Below, one piece after another: positions 62,317 to 64,000 of a stretch of 64,000 bases of DNA. The stretch's first letter is position 1; each line of letters opens with the position of its first letter. The DNA is from Raillietiella orientalis. Its lineage: Eukaryota. Location of the stretch: NCBI GenBank assembly GCA_036172245.1, contig JAYWIR010000017.1:3038001-3102000 (forward strand). Reading direction: 5' to 3'. A model generated the notes under the pieces. It saw nothing but the letters and a program-made list of their open reading frames with translations, did not search any database and had not been told where the DNA came from. Made by a program: the position numbers and the translations under genes.

Positions 62317-63330
62317 GTTTATCACCCGGCCACGCCGGGATGTTTATTATAAAAAATAAACATACATGTGTAGCGCCATCGACCCCACATTGTCCGAAAA
62401 TGCTCGAAACCTTCCAAGTGACCGGCACGCAGCCGGCGAGGTTCGCGTCAGCAGCAGAGGGGAGGGGCAAATAGAAATAAAAATCAATAATAAACAAAAC
62501 TTTGGGGGGCACGGGAAGGAATCATTGTCCGCTGGAGGGCGTCCTCTGCATTTTTTCCAGGATGCCTGCGAGTTCCATCCGAGTACGCCCCAGGCGGGGC
62601 CATCTAGTTATCTTCCTCAGGAAGCGCAGGGCAAAGCAGATGGCGTCACTATCGCGCCGTCCTCCTCTGGCGTGGCTCCGAGCCGCCGCAATCCCGCGCT
62701 AGGCAGCAGCAAAGAGCTTCCAGGGATGCAGCAGACGAAAGGGCATCGCGCTCGAAGAAGCGCTCCATCACGTCCCTGGGATTGCCCGTCGGTACACAAA
62801 GGGCCGTTGCCTAACGCAACCATAGGAGCCCGAGGGCAACACAGTCTACAAGCAGGTGTGGGAGCTAGGATTCCCGTTCCCCTCACCTGCAACAGTTGAG
62901 GTCTGTAGCCCTCCGGGTCCAATGAGATCGGTGTGCGTTGCACGGGAGACCCCAGTGCAACAGCAGAAGTGCCGACCCCTCCCATTTCAGGAGGAGGACC
63001 CGGTTGTTCTTCAGTGCTGAGGATCACTCGAAGCCTTCCTCTAGGATTTCCAGCAGCTCACTCCAGCGCAATAGTCCTTTCGGTAGGGCACTTGGGGTCG
63101 CAGCGCCTTTGAGCTGGCCCGTGGTCCAACCACCTTCTTCCTTCGTCGGAAGACCTATTCCGCAACTGACCTCCCATTTAGACAGCTGGTTACTGCTCAG
63201 GTGTTCCCTGGGGGCGGGCAGTGCTGCCTCTAGGGAGGTTCTTTGCGCCCACGTGCACGCGGTGGACTGCACGATGACGTCCTGCAGCCAGCGGTTGCTG
63301 TAGAAGGGAGTGATGCAGTCGCTGCCGCAT
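62317..63330 (-). mobile_element. 5'-truncated LINE fragment (L8)
   Basis: Homologous to L2 and extends further 5' (KWEVSC...ATPSALPKGLLRWSELL). Ends AATAAACATCCCGGCGTGGCCGGGTGATAAAC. Confidence 0.85.
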
Positions 63331-63339
63331 CTCCAGGTT

Positions 63340-64000
63340 CGCTTCGTTGTTCTTCTCACACGTGCTGATGGTTTCCTGCAACCAGGCACTACCGTTTGCG
63401 GGCCGGCAGGAGGTCCAGTTGTTGGTCCTGGTAAGCTTGGCCACTCGCCGGAGCTCCAGTTCTCTTGGTGGTGCCACGCGCGGAGATCGTGACCACATGA
63501 CCTCCGACGCGGGCTCAAATCCGAAACATCTGTACGATTTCTCATGCCCATCGGTCTCGTTCACATTGTGTAGATGCATGTACGATTTCTGAGAAAGAAA
63601 AGTCAACAGGATGGTGATGCAAGTAAACTCCAAAAGGTTTCGATAAGGCTGTGAACGGCGTGTAACCTTGGTAGTCCATGGAGCACACCCCTAAAGCACG
63701 GTCCACAGGAAAGATACGAAATGATAAAATCAACCCTTCTTCCCCAGAAGGTAGATATTCATTGATCATGCCAATCTGCCTGCTCCAAACGTTGATGTGT
63801 ATCTGTTGTTATGACTCCATGTCATTTTAGGCGATCATCTGAGACGCGTTGAAGGAAGTTACCAAGGAGCTCCAGAACTTTCTACTCTGGAAGAATGGAA
63901 AGGGAGCGAAACAGAAATCGAGGATCTCAAAGTACCAGAAAACTGTGAACATCGAACCTTATCGAAATGATGAGACCAACGTAATCAGAACATTCTACCG
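63340..64000 (+). pseudogene. Probable decayed PPR relic (possible continuation of 60680-61800 beyond SINE 5 and L8)
   Basis: SSSSLGGATRGDRDH, STLEEWKR and TSNLIEMM. Confidence 0.38.

Noticed and set aside
62317..62350. Helitron 3' terminus
   Set aside because: A hairpin is present, but there is no CTRR end or A/T insertion site, and it always follows a LINE ORF2 C-terminus.
1..64000. Prokaryotic features (operons, CRISPR arrays, rRNA)
   Set aside because: No regularly spaced repeats, rRNA-like sequence or dense intact ORFs; the content is eukaryotic.

Overview
Eukaryotic nuclear DNA with no intact protein-coding gene that I can support. Read frame by frame, most of the window appears to be a dense field of heavily decayed, frameshifted PLS-class pentatricopeptide-repeat (PPR) relics. 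There are roughly 25 segments in alternating orientations, several with E/E+/DYW-like tails, which points to a land plant such as a lycophyte, hornwort or fern. Three kinds of element are interleaved. (i) Nine 3' fragments of an L1/Tx1-type LINE carry a zf-RVT finger, an RWPHL C-terminus and a conserved AATAAA + hairpin + GATAAAC end with no poly(A); most are about 1 kb and lie antisense to the neighbouring PPR relic. (ii) A tRNA-derived SINE is present in five copies. (iii) Three 5' fragments of U2 snRNA, of invertebrate-like rather than plant-like sequence, each sit at a head-to-head junction between two divergent PPR relics; two of them lie in a ~500 bp inverted duplication. PPR calls rest on by-eye motif matching of degenerate translations, so their boundaries are approximate and need HMM confirmation.
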